Origin: Copranaerobaculum intestinale
Lineage (GTDB): Bacteria > Bacillota_I > Bacilli_A > Erysipelotrichales > Erysipelotrichaceae
DNA: 32,000 nt
Reading direction: 5' to 3'
NCBI RefSeq assembly: GCF_009831105.1
Contig: NZ_WUUQ01000001.1
Location: 360,001 to 392,000, forward strand
Both the position numbers and the translations under genes were made by a program. Under the pieces are notes generated by a model. It did no database searches. It saw nothing but the letters and a program-made list of their open reading frames with translations, and had not been told where the DNA came from. Position 1 is the first letter of the stretch; every line of letters begins with the position of its first letter. This document shows, piece after piece, positions 17,112 through 26,262 of the stretch.

Positions 17112-17140
17112 TTGACACACAGAAGATGTCAATGTAAATC
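17112..17140 (+). promoter_or_regulatory. Candidate weak (activator-dependent?) promoter of the PTS operon
   Basis: TTGACA (17112..17117), 17-nt spacer, poor -10 TAAATC (17135..17140). TGACA-9nt-TGTCA inverted repeat at 17113..17131. Confidence 0.35.
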
Positions 17141-17203
17141 AGGGTGCGGCCGAACTGATTCAGGTATGTATTTCTAGCAAAAGCAAACTGGAGGATGTGT
17201 TCT

Positions 17204-17686
17204 ATGATTCAAATATTTAGAGTTGATGATCGATTATTACATGGACAGGTGGCAAAGAGTTGGACAAGAAAATACCACATTGACAAAATCATGATTGTAA
17301 ATACAAAAGTGGCAAATGACGAATTCTCCAAAGTAACACTTTGTCTTGCAAAACCCCAAAATGTTGAATTGTATTTTTATGAAACAGATTCATGTTATCA
17401 AGCATTACAAATGGAGGAGGCATCTGAAAACAATACGATGCTGATCGTAGAGAATTTTAATGATGCTTATCATGTGTGGGAAATGATTCCCTATATTCGT
17501 GAAATAAATATCGGCGGACAGCGGAAAAAGAAAGAAACAGGAGCACTGCAGATTGGAAGTCATGTAATTCTGCAGCAGTCAGACCTTGAAATCTGCAAGA
17601 AGATCATGCATCGCGGCATAAAAATGGAAATACGTCAGATTCCTGGTGAACAGGAAATCTCATTAAATCGTTTGGTGAAAATATGA
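17204..17686 (+). CDS. PTS mannose/fructose/sorbose-family EIIB component (copy 1)
   Basis: IFRVDDRLLHGQV contains the phosphorylatable-His motif of Man-class EIIB. About 160 aa. Start at ATG 17204, 9 nt after GGAGG. Confidence 0.85.
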   Translation: MIQIFRVDDRLLHGQVAKSWTRKYHIDKIMIVNTKVANDEFSKVTLCLAKPQNVELYFYETDSCYQALQMEEASENNTMLIVENFNDAYHVWEMIPYIREINIGGQRKKKETGALQIGSHVILQQSDLEICKKIMHRGIKMEIRQIPGEQEISLNRLVKI

Positions 17687-18093
17687 CGTGTAATATTTTG
17701 ATGGTCATGCATGGGCATTACGCAGAGGCGCTTTTGAAAGCTGCTGAGATGTTTATTTGTGAACATCCGCCGGTTGACATTATCCCGGTGGAGCCTGGTG
17801 ATTCACTTGATGAATTGGAAAATCAAATTCGTTCCTATGTAACGCGTCACGATCAGGTGTTGATTATAACGGATATGATGGCAGGGACGCCGAATATACT
17901 CTGTTCCCGCTTGTTGAAGGATCATGCGTTTGCTTTGGTGTGCGGTACGAATTTATCCATGTTGATTGAAGTGCTGAACGGTGAAAATACACAAAATCCA
18001 TGGGATTTGGGGAAACTGATTTGTGAAAAAGGCAAAGAGGATATTGTATTCATGAATACACTACTCAAAAAGGAGAATCAACAGGAAGAATGA
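17683..18093 (+). CDS. PTS mannose-family EIIA component (copy 1)
   Basis: NILMVMHGHYAEALL (N-terminal His-Gly of EIIA-Man), 136 aa. ATGA overlap with the upstream EIIB. Confidence 0.8.
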   Translation: MTCNILMVMHGHYAEALLKAAEMFICEHPPVDIIPVEPGDSLDELENQIRSYVTRHDQVLIITDMMAGTPNILCSRLLKDHAFALVCGTNLSMLIEVLNGENTQNPWDLGKLICEKGKEDIVFMNTLLKKENQQEE

Positions 18094-18488
18094 AAACAAA
18101 TCTTTTAATCGTATCACATGGCAGTTTAGCTTCTTCGCTGGTTGCGACTGCGTCCTTAATATTTGGTGAGCAGCAAAATGTTGTTGCATATGGGCTGGAA
18201 CCGGGAGTTCAGCTTGATGATTTTAAAGAAAAAATTGAAGCGTATATCCGAGAACGTGAAAATGAGAACTTTTTAGTATTAGCTGATCTGCTTTTTGGAA
18301 GTCCGTTTAACAGTTTGATTGCAAGTATGAAGCAGGACAATGTATATCTTGTTACCGGTGTTAATCTTCCCATGGTATTGGAAGCGGCAATGCAAAAAGA
18401 TCATCTTCCTTTTGAATCGTTGTGTGATTTGGCAAAGGAAATCGGAAAAACAAGCATTACATCAAAAAAAGATATTTTAAGTAAATAA
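18090..18488 (+). CDS. PTS mannose-family EIIA component (copy 2)
   Basis: NLLIVSHGSLASSLV (EIIA-Man His-Gly), 132 aa. ATGA overlap with the upstream EIIA. Confidence 0.8.
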   Translation: MKTNLLIVSHGSLASSLVATASLIFGEQQNVVAYGLEPGVQLDDFKEKIEAYIRERENENFLVLADLLFGSPFNSLIASMKQDNVYLVTGVNLPMVLEAAMQKDHLPFESLCDLAKEIGKTSITSKKDILSK

Positions 18489-18500
18489 GGAGATAGTAAA

Positions 18501-18977
18501 ATGCCAATTAAATTTTTACGCATTGATGATCGCTTGATCCATGGTCAGGTAGTTGTGGCATGGATTAAGAATTATAGTGCAAGGCGAGTTGTGATCGTGG
18601 ACGATCAAGTGGTAAAGGATGAATTTTTGATCGATGTCATGAAAATGGTAGCGCCTTCCGGCATCGAACTGGCAGTTATCGGAACAGATAACCTGCAGGA
18701 ACAACTGCCGAAGTTTGAAGAAGATAAAGCAAACACGGTGATATTAGTAAAGACCCCGATGACAGCGAAAAAATTATTTGATAACGGTATTGCCGTTAAA
18801 AAACTGAATGTAGGGGGAATGGGTGCGAATCCTAACCGGAAGCAGCTGTATAAAAATGTCAGTGCCAGTATAGAAGAAATAGAGATTCTGGAAGCACTGG
18901 AAAAACAGGGAATCGATGTATATTTTCAGGCAACACCTTCTGATAAGGTAGTCAGCTTGAAACACGCATTGGGATAA
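18501..18977 (+). CDS. PTS mannose-family EIIB component (copy 2)
   Basis: FLRIDDRLIHGQVVVAWIK, 158 aa, RBS AAGGAG. Confidence 0.88.
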   Translation: MPIKFLRIDDRLIHGQVVVAWIKNYSARRVVIVDDQVVKDEFLIDVMKMVAPSGIELAVIGTDNLQEQLPKFEEDKANTVILVKTPMTAKKLFDNGIAVKKLNVGGMGANPNRKQLYKNVSASIEEIEILEALEKQGIDVYFQATPSDKVVSLKHALG

Positions 18978-18990
18978 GAAGGAGGATAGT

Positions 18991-19737
18991 ATGCTAGTAC
19001 AAGCTATTTTAATTGCAATTTGCGCATGGATCTGTTGTGCAAATATCGAATTTTTATGCTGGTCAGTAGGCCTGTGTGCACCGTTTATATGGGGACCGAT
19101 CGTCGGTTTCATTCTGGGAGATGTTCAGGCGGGCTTAGCAATCGGAACAATGACACAATTGGTTTACTTAGGAAATATCGTAATTGGCGGGGTTAGCGCT
19201 GTAGATTTTACTTATGCGTCAGTCGTAGCTACTTCGCTTACCATCTTAACCAAACAGCCGCCGGAAATGGGATGCACGATTGCGGTTACGATGGGATTGA
19301 TCGGTATGCTGGCAACAGAGAGCCGCTGGACACTAAATTGTATTTGGGTTCACCGTGCTGATAAATGTGCTCAAAACGGAGACACCAGAGGAATTTTCAT
19401 CAACAACGTGATTATGCCGCAGGTAGTGCGTTTCTTCGTATATGTTATTCCGGCATTTCTAGCTGTTTATTACGGTGCAGAGCATTTTGAAAATTTTATG
19501 AAGGTCATTCCAGAAGTATTGGTGGACGGGATGATGGCAGTCGGTATGCTGCTCCCTACGCTGGGTCTGGCATTGCTGATCAAGGCTATTTATAAAATCC
19601 AGTTTATTTCCTTTCTTATAATCGGATTTCTAGCGGTACAGTATTTAAAATTGGATATTATTGCGGTAACACTGCTGGGTATCTCATTCGCATTGTTATA
19701 TTGGTTCTTTGGAGCCAGAGAGGAGGCAGCGTCATGA
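18991..19737 (+). CDS. PTS mannose-family EIIC component
   Basis: 248-aa polytopic membrane protein. GPIVGFILGD...GLAIGTMTQLVYLG is typical of Man-class IIC. RBS AGGAGG. Confidence 0.85.
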   Translation: MLVQAILIAICAWICCANIEFLCWSVGLCAPFIWGPIVGFILGDVQAGLAIGTMTQLVYLGNIVIGGVSAVDFTYASVVATSLTILTKQPPEMGCTIAVTMGLIGMLATESRWTLNCIWVHRADKCAQNGDTRGIFINNVIMPQVVRFFVYVIPAFLAVYYGAEHFENFMKVIPEVLVDGMMAVGMLLPTLGLALLIKAIYKIQFISFLIIGFLAVQYLKLDIIAVTLLGISFALLYWFFGAREEAAS

Positions 19738-20585
19738 TGGATAATCAAATGATAAATCAAGAAACGGCTGAACAGAAAACAGAAATTCATTTAAGAAAAA
19801 AAGATCTGATGAAAAGCTGGATTATTTGGGAACTAACCAGTGAGATGTGTTTGAATTATGAACGATTAATGGCACTTGGCTTCTGTCATGCAATGACTCC
19901 GATCATTAAGCGTCTTTATTCTAACAAAGAAGAACGTGCTGAGGCCTTAACGAGACATATGGCATTCTTTAATACAGAAAATAACTGGGGTGCCTTAATT
20001 CCCGGAATGGTGGCTTCACTGGAAGAAGAAAAAGCGAATGGAGTTGATATTTCAAGTGATATGATCAACGGTATCAAAACGGGATTAATGGGACCGATCG
20101 CAGGTATCGGAGATACGATTACACAGGGTCTTGTGAAGACAATTTTATTGGCGATCGGAATTGGAATGGCGCAGAAAGGCTCAGTTGCCGGACCGCTCGT
20201 ATTCTTCCTCTTATATACCGCATATATTTTAGCTACTGGTTATTTTACATATTTCCAGGGTTATAAATTCGGTAAAAATGCATTTAGTAAAATCAAAGAT
20301 TCCAGCATCATGAGACGGATAACAGACTGTATGTGTATCATCGGACTGACGGTTGCCGGTTCACTTGTGGCCTCAACACTGGCGATACAAACACCGTTTG
20401 TGCTGAAGATGGGCGGAACAGCAGTTAAATTTCAGGAATTGTTTGATCAGATTCTTCCGGGCTTTCTGGGAGTAGCTGTGACAGCGCTTGTATTCTTTGG
20501 TTTGAAAAAGAATGTTTCTGTGATTAAGATCATGATTACAATGACAATCGCCGGTATTATTCTGGTTGCGTTGGGATTGTTATAG
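19734..20585 (+). CDS. PTS mannose-family EIID component
   Basis: LNYERLMALGF and RHMAFFNTE motifs of Man-class IID. Start at ATG 19734 behind GAGGAGG, with an ATGA overlap on the IIC stop. Confidence 0.88.
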   Translation: MMDNQMINQETAEQKTEIHLRKKDLMKSWIIWELTSEMCLNYERLMALGFCHAMTPIIKRLYSNKEERAEALTRHMAFFNTENNWGALIPGMVASLEEEKANGVDISSDMINGIKTGLMGPIAGIGDTITQGLVKTILLAIGIGMAQKGSVAGPLVFFLLYTAYILATGYFTYFQGYKFGKNAFSKIKDSSIMRRITDCMCIIGLTVAGSLVASTLAIQTPFVLKMGGTAVKFQELFDQILPGFLGVAVTALVFFGLKKNVSVIKIMITMTIAGIILVALGLL

Positions 20586-20593
20586 AGGTGCGT

Positions 20594-21409
20594 ATGTCAA
20601 AAAATTGGATAACTGATATGTTTCACCAAGAAAAAGCCATTATCGGCTTGGTACATTTTCTGGCATTGCCGGGAGATCCCGGATATGATGAAGCGGGCGG
20701 TATGAAAAAAGTAATCGAGGCAGCTCGGCACGATGTTCTTGCGTTACAGCGAGGCGGTGTGGATGGACTATTGTTTTCGAATGAATTTTCATTGCCATAT
20801 CCAAAAGGAGCATCGTTTGAAATGGTTGCGGCAATGGCGTATATAATCGGTGCGCTGCGCGATCTTATCACCATTCCTTACGGGGTTCATTTAATCGGTG
20901 ATGCGCAGGCAACGGTATGTCTTGCGGCAGTCACAGGAGCAAAATTTACACGCGGTACCTATCATGGTGTTTATGCGACGGCAGGCGGATTGATGGATAC
21001 TGACGGGGCAGCGATTCATCGGCTTCGTCACCGTCTGGGAATTGATGATTTTAAGCTTGTATATTATGTGAATGTGGAATCGAGTGCAGATATAGCAAAT
21101 CGTGATGCGATTGATGCCCTGCGCCCTGTATATAAATTGGATAAACCGGATGCCTTGGGTGTTACCGGACCGGTTGCAGGAGAGGAAGCGGATGTTTCTT
21201 TAATGAAACGGGTTCGCGAAACATTTCCGGATGCTGTTATTTTCGCTACGACCGGAGTTCATATCGACAGTGTTGAAAAAATAATGGAGCTTGCTGATGG
21301 GGCATTCGTTGGAACTACATTTAAACGCGATGGCATATTTGAAAATGAAGTTGATGAAAAACGTGTAAAAGCATTTATGGACAAGGTTCATGCGCTTTCT
21401 TCATCATAG
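20594..21409 (+). CDS. BtpA/SgcQ-family (TIM-barrel) protein of unknown function
   Basis: AIIGLVHFLALPGDPGYD is the characteristic N-terminal BtpA/SgcQ motif. About 270 aa. Starts 9 nt after the IID stop, with no intervening terminator. Confidence 0.75.
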   Translation: MSKNWITDMFHQEKAIIGLVHFLALPGDPGYDEAGGMKKVIEAARHDVLALQRGGVDGLLFSNEFSLPYPKGASFEMVAAMAYIIGALRDLITIPYGVHLIGDAQATVCLAAVTGAKFTRGTYHGVYATAGGLMDTDGAAIHRLRHRLGIDDFKLVYYVNVESSADIANRDAIDALRPVYKLDKPDALGVTGPVAGEEADVSLMKRVRETFPDAVIFATTGVHIDSVEKIMELADGAFVGTTFKRDGIFENEVDEKRVKAFMDKVHALSSS

Positions 21410-22052
21410 ATTTCAAAGTGTTTGTTTTGATATGGACGGTGTTTTAGCGGATACGGAAAAGCTATATTTGGAAGCTTTGAAGCAATATTTAGCATCTTTG
21501 AACCATACGGTTTCAATTCAGGAATTAACCAGATATTTGGGTATGAGCATGCATGATATATGCCGCCAGCTGAAACAGGATTATCATATTCATGAAACAC
21601 TTTCTGAAATCAGAGCACATCAGCTTGTCTACTATGATCGATTGTTTTACGGCGAGGGAAATGTAAAACCGATGCCGGGATTGCTGGAACTTATCAACGT
21701 ATTCAAGCAGCATGATATCCAAATGGCGGTAGTATCCTCATCCAGCTTATTCGGTATCAAGGAGACCTTACGGATGATCGGCATGGAAAATACCTTTGAT
21801 CTGATTCTTTCCACGGCGGCTGTGGAACGAGGAAAACCTTTTCCTGATGTATATTTGTTAGCTCTTGAGCAGATGAATCAAATTGCTGAGGAAGTGTTGG
21901 TAATCGAGGATTCCACGTCTGGAATTCAAGCGGCAAAGCAAGCCCATACCATTGTAATCGGCTACAAAGGATCAGAGATTCAGCAAGACACATCGTTAGC
22001 AGATTATGAAGTAGCGAGTTATCATGAACTTTTGACCTATTTACAATCATGA
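21390..22052 (+). CDS. HAD-IA family sugar-phosphate phosphatase / beta-phosphoglucomutase-like hydrolase
   Basis: Motif I FDMDGVLADTE, motif II VVSSS, motif III GKPFPDVY, motif IV EDSTSG. The only in-frame start (21390) overlaps the SgcQ-like gene by 20 nt. Confidence 0.85.
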   Translation: MRFLHHRFQSVCFDMDGVLADTEKLYLEALKQYLASLNHTVSIQELTRYLGMSMHDICRQLKQDYHIHETLSEIRAHQLVYYDRLFYGEGNVKPMPGLLELINVFKQHDIQMAVVSSSSLFGIKETLRMIGMENTFDLILSTAAVERGKPFPDVYLLALEQMNQIAEEVLVIEDSTSGIQAAKQAHTIVIGYKGSEIQQDTSLADYEVASYHELLTYLQS

Positions 22053-22057
22053 AGTAA

Positions 22058-22095
22058 GAAAAAGATTTGACGTAAATCCTGTCAAATCTTTTTTG
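22058..22095. terminator. Bidirectional rho-independent terminator closing the PTS operon (+) and the UPF0104-like gene (-)
   Basis: AAAAGATTTGAC-gtaaatcct-GTCAAATCTTTT, flanked by an A-run and a T-run. Confidence 0.85.
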
Positions 22096-22165
22096 TCTTA
22101 GAAGCATATAAATCTTCATCGTATTCGTGATACATTTTATTTTAAGATTATGATTCAATGAGGCT

Positions 22166-23239
22166 TTATGAATGTATTTCTGCGTTTTTGCCTGTCTTAA
22201 CAATAGGGTTCGTATCTTGTATGGGATATTTTTTGGACTTTACTCTCATAAATCGAATGCCGCCGATTACCACATTTAAGTGATAGGTAGACATGCGCCA
22301 CAAGATCATTACACTGCCTGCGTCAGCTTTTCCAAATAAGATGCTGTATAAAATTATAAAGGCGGTTTCCGTCCATCCGGTATCGCCGGGAAGCGGGGTT
22401 AAGGCATTCAGCATATGAATGAAAGCAGATATCGCCATGATGTTCAGCAGATCACTAAGCTGTAAAGAAAGCCCGATCGCATGCGCAACCAGAAACGGCA
22501 TGCTGTAGAACAGCGTTTGGCGTATGATATAAAGACCCGCACACTGCAGGATCAGAGTTTTATGCTGCTTAAGATTGTTTACTTCCTGTTGAAAATAAAG
22601 AATTTGCTTATTCCATTTTTCCGCGGTTTTTTCCGCATCCTTTACAATACGTATCCGGTGCAATAGCTTTAGCAGCATGGTGCTGACTTTTTGGTAAAAG
22701 GTCGGAAATCGAATAACGGTCCAAAGTCCGATAATGACTGAGCTGTTCACCAGATAACCGAGGATGATCAAAGGAAGAAATTGCGGAAAGTGATTCATGG
22801 CATACGAAAAGCGAAAAATAATGAAAAATCCGGCATAAAGTAATACAACACTTTGAAAAATAAAAAAATCCATCCAAAGTATGGAAGCGATATCCGCATA
22901 TTTCATATGCAGCTTGCGAAATGCATAGGTTTGAGCGACCTGACCCCCGCCTAACGGAGTAACTCCGTTGAAGAATGCGGCAATATAAGCATTATCAATA
23001 CCGTCAATAATGTGCAGATCCTTTTTATAGGTATGACCAATGAGATAAAGTGCGATTCCCTGCAGTACATAATATAAAATACCGAGAGCTAAAATCAGGA
23101 GCAGCCAGCGAAGCGGCAGGTGCTTCAGATTATTCAGGACATCCTGATAATCATCCTTTAACGCGAACCACAGTGCGAATGCAGTCAGTGCGAGCAGCAG
23201 AATGATATTGAATATTCGCTTTTTTAAAGACTGATTCAT
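22166..23239 (-). CDS. Polytopic membrane protein, lysylphosphatidylglycerol-synthase-TM-region / UPF0104 (flippase-like) family
   Basis: About 357 aa and 8 or more hydrophobic segments. The N-terminal KKRIFNIILLLALTAFALWFALKD pattern is typical of UPF0104. Start at MNQS (23239), behind AGGAGAGGAGA. Confidence 0.6.
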   Translation of the reverse strand: MNQSLKKRIFNIILLLALTAFALWFALKDDYQDVLNNLKHLPLRWLLLILALGILYYVLQGIALYLIGHTYKKDLHIIDGIDNAYIAAFFNGVTPLGGGQVAQTYAFRKLHMKYADIASILWMDFFIFQSVVLLYAGFFIIFRFSYAMNHFPQFLPLIILGYLVNSSVIIGLWTVIRFPTFYQKVSTMLLKLLHRIRIVKDAEKTAEKWNKQILYFQQEVNNLKQHKTLILQCAGLYIIRQTLFYSMPFLVAHAIGLSLQLSDLLNIMAISAFIHMLNALTPLPGDTGWTETAFIILYSILFGKADAGSVMILWRMSTYHLNVVIGGIRFMRVKSKKYPIQDTNPIVKTGKNAEIHS

Positions 23240-23311
23240 GTATCTTTCTCCTCTCCTCGACACATTATAACAAAATCAGCTGCGAAATTTTCCTTTTTTA
23301 CAGAAACTTCA

Positions 23312-23345
23312 CAAAAATTAAGAAAGACAGAGTTATCTGTCTTTC
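23312..23345 (-). terminator. Probable terminator after ohyA
   Basis: Minus strand: GAAAGACAG-ataact-CTGTCTTTC followed by an interrupted T-run (TTAATTTTT). Confidence 0.55.
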
Positions 23346-23352
23346 AAGGTAA

Positions 23353-25122
23353 TTATATGAGATGATAACGCTGCAGCATTTCTTCGATAACTGTTCCTTG
23401 GATTTTTTTCATTCCTTTTTTCTCAATCCATTTGACCAGCCATGGAACATCGATATCAGCCAGTTTTTTGCCGTCCATCATTTTATAGGTAGAATCCAGC
23501 AGCACTCTTACATCATAGCAGGAGTTAAATACTTCCGGAACGCCGCGGTCAACATCAAGCAGTGTATATACTGCTTCCATTGCGGTACGAACTGAGTATT
23601 CAGTAGTGAAAACCGTATCTCTGAGGGTCTCTGCAAACTGACCGATAAAGGCAAAGTTTACACAGCCATCCGGTACAACCTTAGGCCGATCACCAGCAGT
23701 TCGCGGCATGAAGAACGCTGTTATATAGGGCATCATACATGGAATGCAGCGAGCGGAATGAAGCGCCAATTCATGAATCTCATCTTCTGGAACACCGATG
23801 TGATACAGCCACTCTTCGGTGATTTCAATGCCGGTACACTCACGCATTGGTTTTTTGACAAAGTTTCCCGGCACATCGCCGAATAAACCATAAAACCAGA
23901 CTATCAGCTGATCCTTCGGCTGATTTTTGAAATGCGGCTGACGATTGATCGTCCAGCTTAACAGCCAGTTGGAATCCTTAGCGGTGACGATCCCGCCGGT
24001 AACCACCTTTCCGCTGAAGGGATCCCGTTTGCATATCTTTTGCAGATACGGCGGAATCTTGTTATCTAAGGTTGTTATAGTAGCGCTTTCCCAATAGGTT
24101 TTTTCGGGATTTGCACAAAATTTATCGGGATGACCAAAAGATGCATCCTGACGAGCAATGTTGCGCCACAATTCCCAGCATCCGCCCGGTAACGTATCGA
24201 ACTGCGGTACATGTGTTTCATCACCCAGGGTGGAATTTTCCGTACAGCTTCCGTTCGTTACAAAGACAAGATCGTTTTCAGTCAGCTGAATACTCATTTT
24301 TTGACCGTTTCGGATACACTCGATTTGGGTTGCGGTTTTCTTATCCTTACGAATATCAAATACGACATTCGTAACACGTGTATCATATATGAAATCAACG
24401 TGATGGTCTTCCAAAAATTTGACCATCGGCAGAATCAAAGATTCATACTGATTGTATTTTGTGAATTTCAAAGCGGAAAAGTCCGGCAGTCCGCCGATAT
24501 GATGAATGAATCGCTGTATATACAGCTTCATTTCCAACGCACTGTGCCACTGCTCAAAGGCAAACATCGTTCTCCAATATAACCAAAAATTACTGGAAAA
24601 GAATTCATCATCAAATACATCGTCGATTGTTTTATCATACAGGTCTTCATCCTTGGTAAAAAACAGCTTCATGATTTCCATAGCGGCTTTATCACTTAAT
24701 GCAAATTTCCCATCGGTATGAGCGTCTTCACCTCGATTAATTGTCGCTCTCATCAACGAGTAGTTGGGGTCTTCTTTATTCAGCCAATAATACTCATCAA
24801 GCACCGAAGCGCCTTCTGTTTCCAGGGAAGGAATGGAATGAAATAAATCCCAAAGACATTCAAAATGATTTTCCATTTCGCGTCCGCCGCGGATAATGAA
24901 TCCTTTCGTAGGATCTTGAATGCCATCACAAGCCCCTCCGGGCAGTTTCATTTCTTCAAGAATATGGATATGCTCGCCTTTCATCTGACCGTCTCGGATC
25001 AAAAAACAGGCTGCAGCGAGGGATGCTAAACCGCTGCCTACCAAATATGCGCTTTTCCGGTCTACTCCTTTGGGAGCTCTAGGATGTGCAAATGCTTCAT
25101 AATTGCCGTTGCTGTAATACAT
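23353..25122 (-). CDS. ohyA: Oleate hydratase (MCRA-family FAD-dependent fatty-acid double-bond hydratase)
   Basis: [21 protein letters not shown]...[21 protein letters not shown] is the hallmark N-terminus and FAD-binding fold of MCRA/oleate hydratases. About 589 aa. Start at 25122 behind GGAGG. Confidence 0.92.
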   Translation of the reverse strand: MYYSNGNYEAFAHPRAPKGVDRKSAYLVGSGLASLAAACFLIRDGQMKGEHIHILEEMKLPGGACDGIQDPTKGFIIRGGREMENHFECLWDLFHSIPSLETEGASVLDEYYWLNKEDPNYSLMRATINRGEDAHTDGKFALSDKAAMEIMKLFFTKDEDLYDKTIDDVFDDEFFSSNFWLYWRTMFAFEQWHSALEMKLYIQRFIHHIGGLPDFSALKFTKYNQYESLILPMVKFLEDHHVDFIYDTRVTNVVFDIRKDKKTATQIECIRNGQKMSIQLTENDLVFVTNGSCTENSTLGDETHVPQFDTLPGGCWELWRNIARQDASFGHPDKFCANPEKTYWESATITTLDNKIPPYLQKICKRDPFSGKVVTGGIVTAKDSNWLLSWTINRQPHFKNQPKDQLIVWFYGLFGDVPGNFVKKPMRECTGIEITEEWLYHIGVPEDEIHELALHSARCIPCMMPYITAFFMPRTAGDRPKVVPDGCVNFAFIGQFAETLRDTVFTTEYSVRTAMEAVYTLLDVDRGVPEVFNSCYDVRVLLDSTYKMMDGKKLADIDVPWLVKWIEKKGMKKIQGTVIEEMLQRYHLI

Positions 25123-25343
25123 ATTAAATACCTCCATCTGTTTACTGGTATCAGCTTATAATGAATCGGCAATACGCACCATAGACAGCACACATCAAAT
25201 GTCGCAATTTTCAACATACTCACAGGAGTGTACATATTTCAGACGAATGTATCCGTTTGTCAAAAAGATCAGGTAATGTTTTCGCTTCTGTGATTAAAAA
25301 GCTGTATCTCATACATTGCTGGGTACGATATCTTGCTAAAGAT

Positions 25344-25367
25344 AAAAAAACGGAACTGACACTTCCG
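25344..25367 (-). terminator. Rho-independent terminator after the patatin-like gene
   Basis: Minus strand: CGGAA-gtgtcag-TTCCG followed by TTTTTTT. Confidence 0.7.
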
Positions 25368-25398
25368 CTTTCGCTTCTTGAATTTAGATGTGCGGCAG

Positions 25399-26262
25399 CT
25401 AAACCACTGCTTTTTCTTCAGTCATAAAAGTCTTTAACTCCTTCATTTGTTTTTCACAATCTTCATAGCCGAGCTGATAAACCTTCTTTAATTTATCAAT
25501 ATTTTTTTCAATCCGTGAAATGCTTAAAGGCTCGCTGGGCTGAATGATGAATACTTCACCCTGCCGCTGCAAATATTGGAGCTCGTCCAGGGTGCGATTA
25601 TACTGAAAATGGCGGTTTGCCAATGCATCTACCAGCTTAGGATACTCCTTATAATTGTGCTTGATAATTGGCAGCAGATTATTTTTACCTTTGCGGTAGT
25701 CCTTATGCTGCGTCAAAATAACGATATTCTTAGGATAGCCGTGAGAGCGCATATACTGTACGGGAATGGAGTCACTGCATCCGCCGTCCATTAGCTTTTT
25801 CCCGTCGATTTCTACATATTGCGCTAATAGCGGCAGCGAACTGGAGGCTTGAATATAGCCTATCTCTTTATCCATATCTTTGATCACGTGATAATCGGGT
25901 TCACCGGTTTCAATATTGGTTGATACAATGATCAATTCGCTTTTTGATTGATTGAAGGTGTCATAATCATAGGGTTCAAGTTCATGAGGTATTCGATTAA
26001 ACAGCATATCCATGCCAAATAAGGAACCGGTTTTCAGCAGTGAATGAAGACTCAGATATTCCTTGTCCTTTAAATACTTTGTATTGACACGGAAATTACG
26101 TTCCCGTTGTTTTGACAAATAGGATGTCGCATGACAAGCCCCGGCGGAAACACCGATCACGCCGTCGGTTTCAATTTCATGATCCAGCAGGCAGTCTAAT
26201 ACACCCGCAGTATAAATGCCGCGCATACCGCCGCCTTCTAAAACCAGTCCGATTTTATCCAT
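25399..26262 (-). CDS. Patatin-like phospholipase family protein
   Basis: Oxyanion motif LEGGGMRG, nucleophile GVSAGA (G-x-S-x-G), and the Asp of the dyad in MDGG. Start at MDKIGLV (26262), behind GGAGGG. Confidence 0.88.
   Translation of the reverse strand: MDKIGLVLEGGGMRGIYTAGVLDCLLDHEIETDGVIGVSAGACHATSYLSKQRERNFRVNTKYLKDKEYLSLHSLLKTGSLFGMDMLFNRIPHELEPYDYDTFNQSKSELIIVSTNIETGEPDYHVIKDMDKEIGYIQASSSLPLLAQYVEIDGKKLMDGGCSDSIPVQYMRSHGYPKNIVILTQHKDYRKGKNNLLPIIKHNYKEYPKLVDALANRHFQYNRTLDELQYLQRQGEVFIIQPSEPLSISRIEKNIDKLKKVYQLGYEDCEKQMKELKTFMTEEKAVV

Noticed and set aside
17040-17140. Catabolite-responsive element (cre) in the PTS promoter region
   Set aside because: The candidates TGAAATTGAACTTCA and TGTAAATCAGGGTG lack the central CG and the dyad symmetry of the cre consensus (TGWAANCGNTNWCA).
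17137-17160. Hairpin AATCAG...CTGATT as a RAT/terminator target for PRD-mediated antitermination
   Set aside because: No T-run follows the hairpin. The adjacent regulator has N-terminal DNA-binding winged-helix domains (the activator class), not the CAT RNA-binding domain of BglG/SacY/LicT antiterminators.
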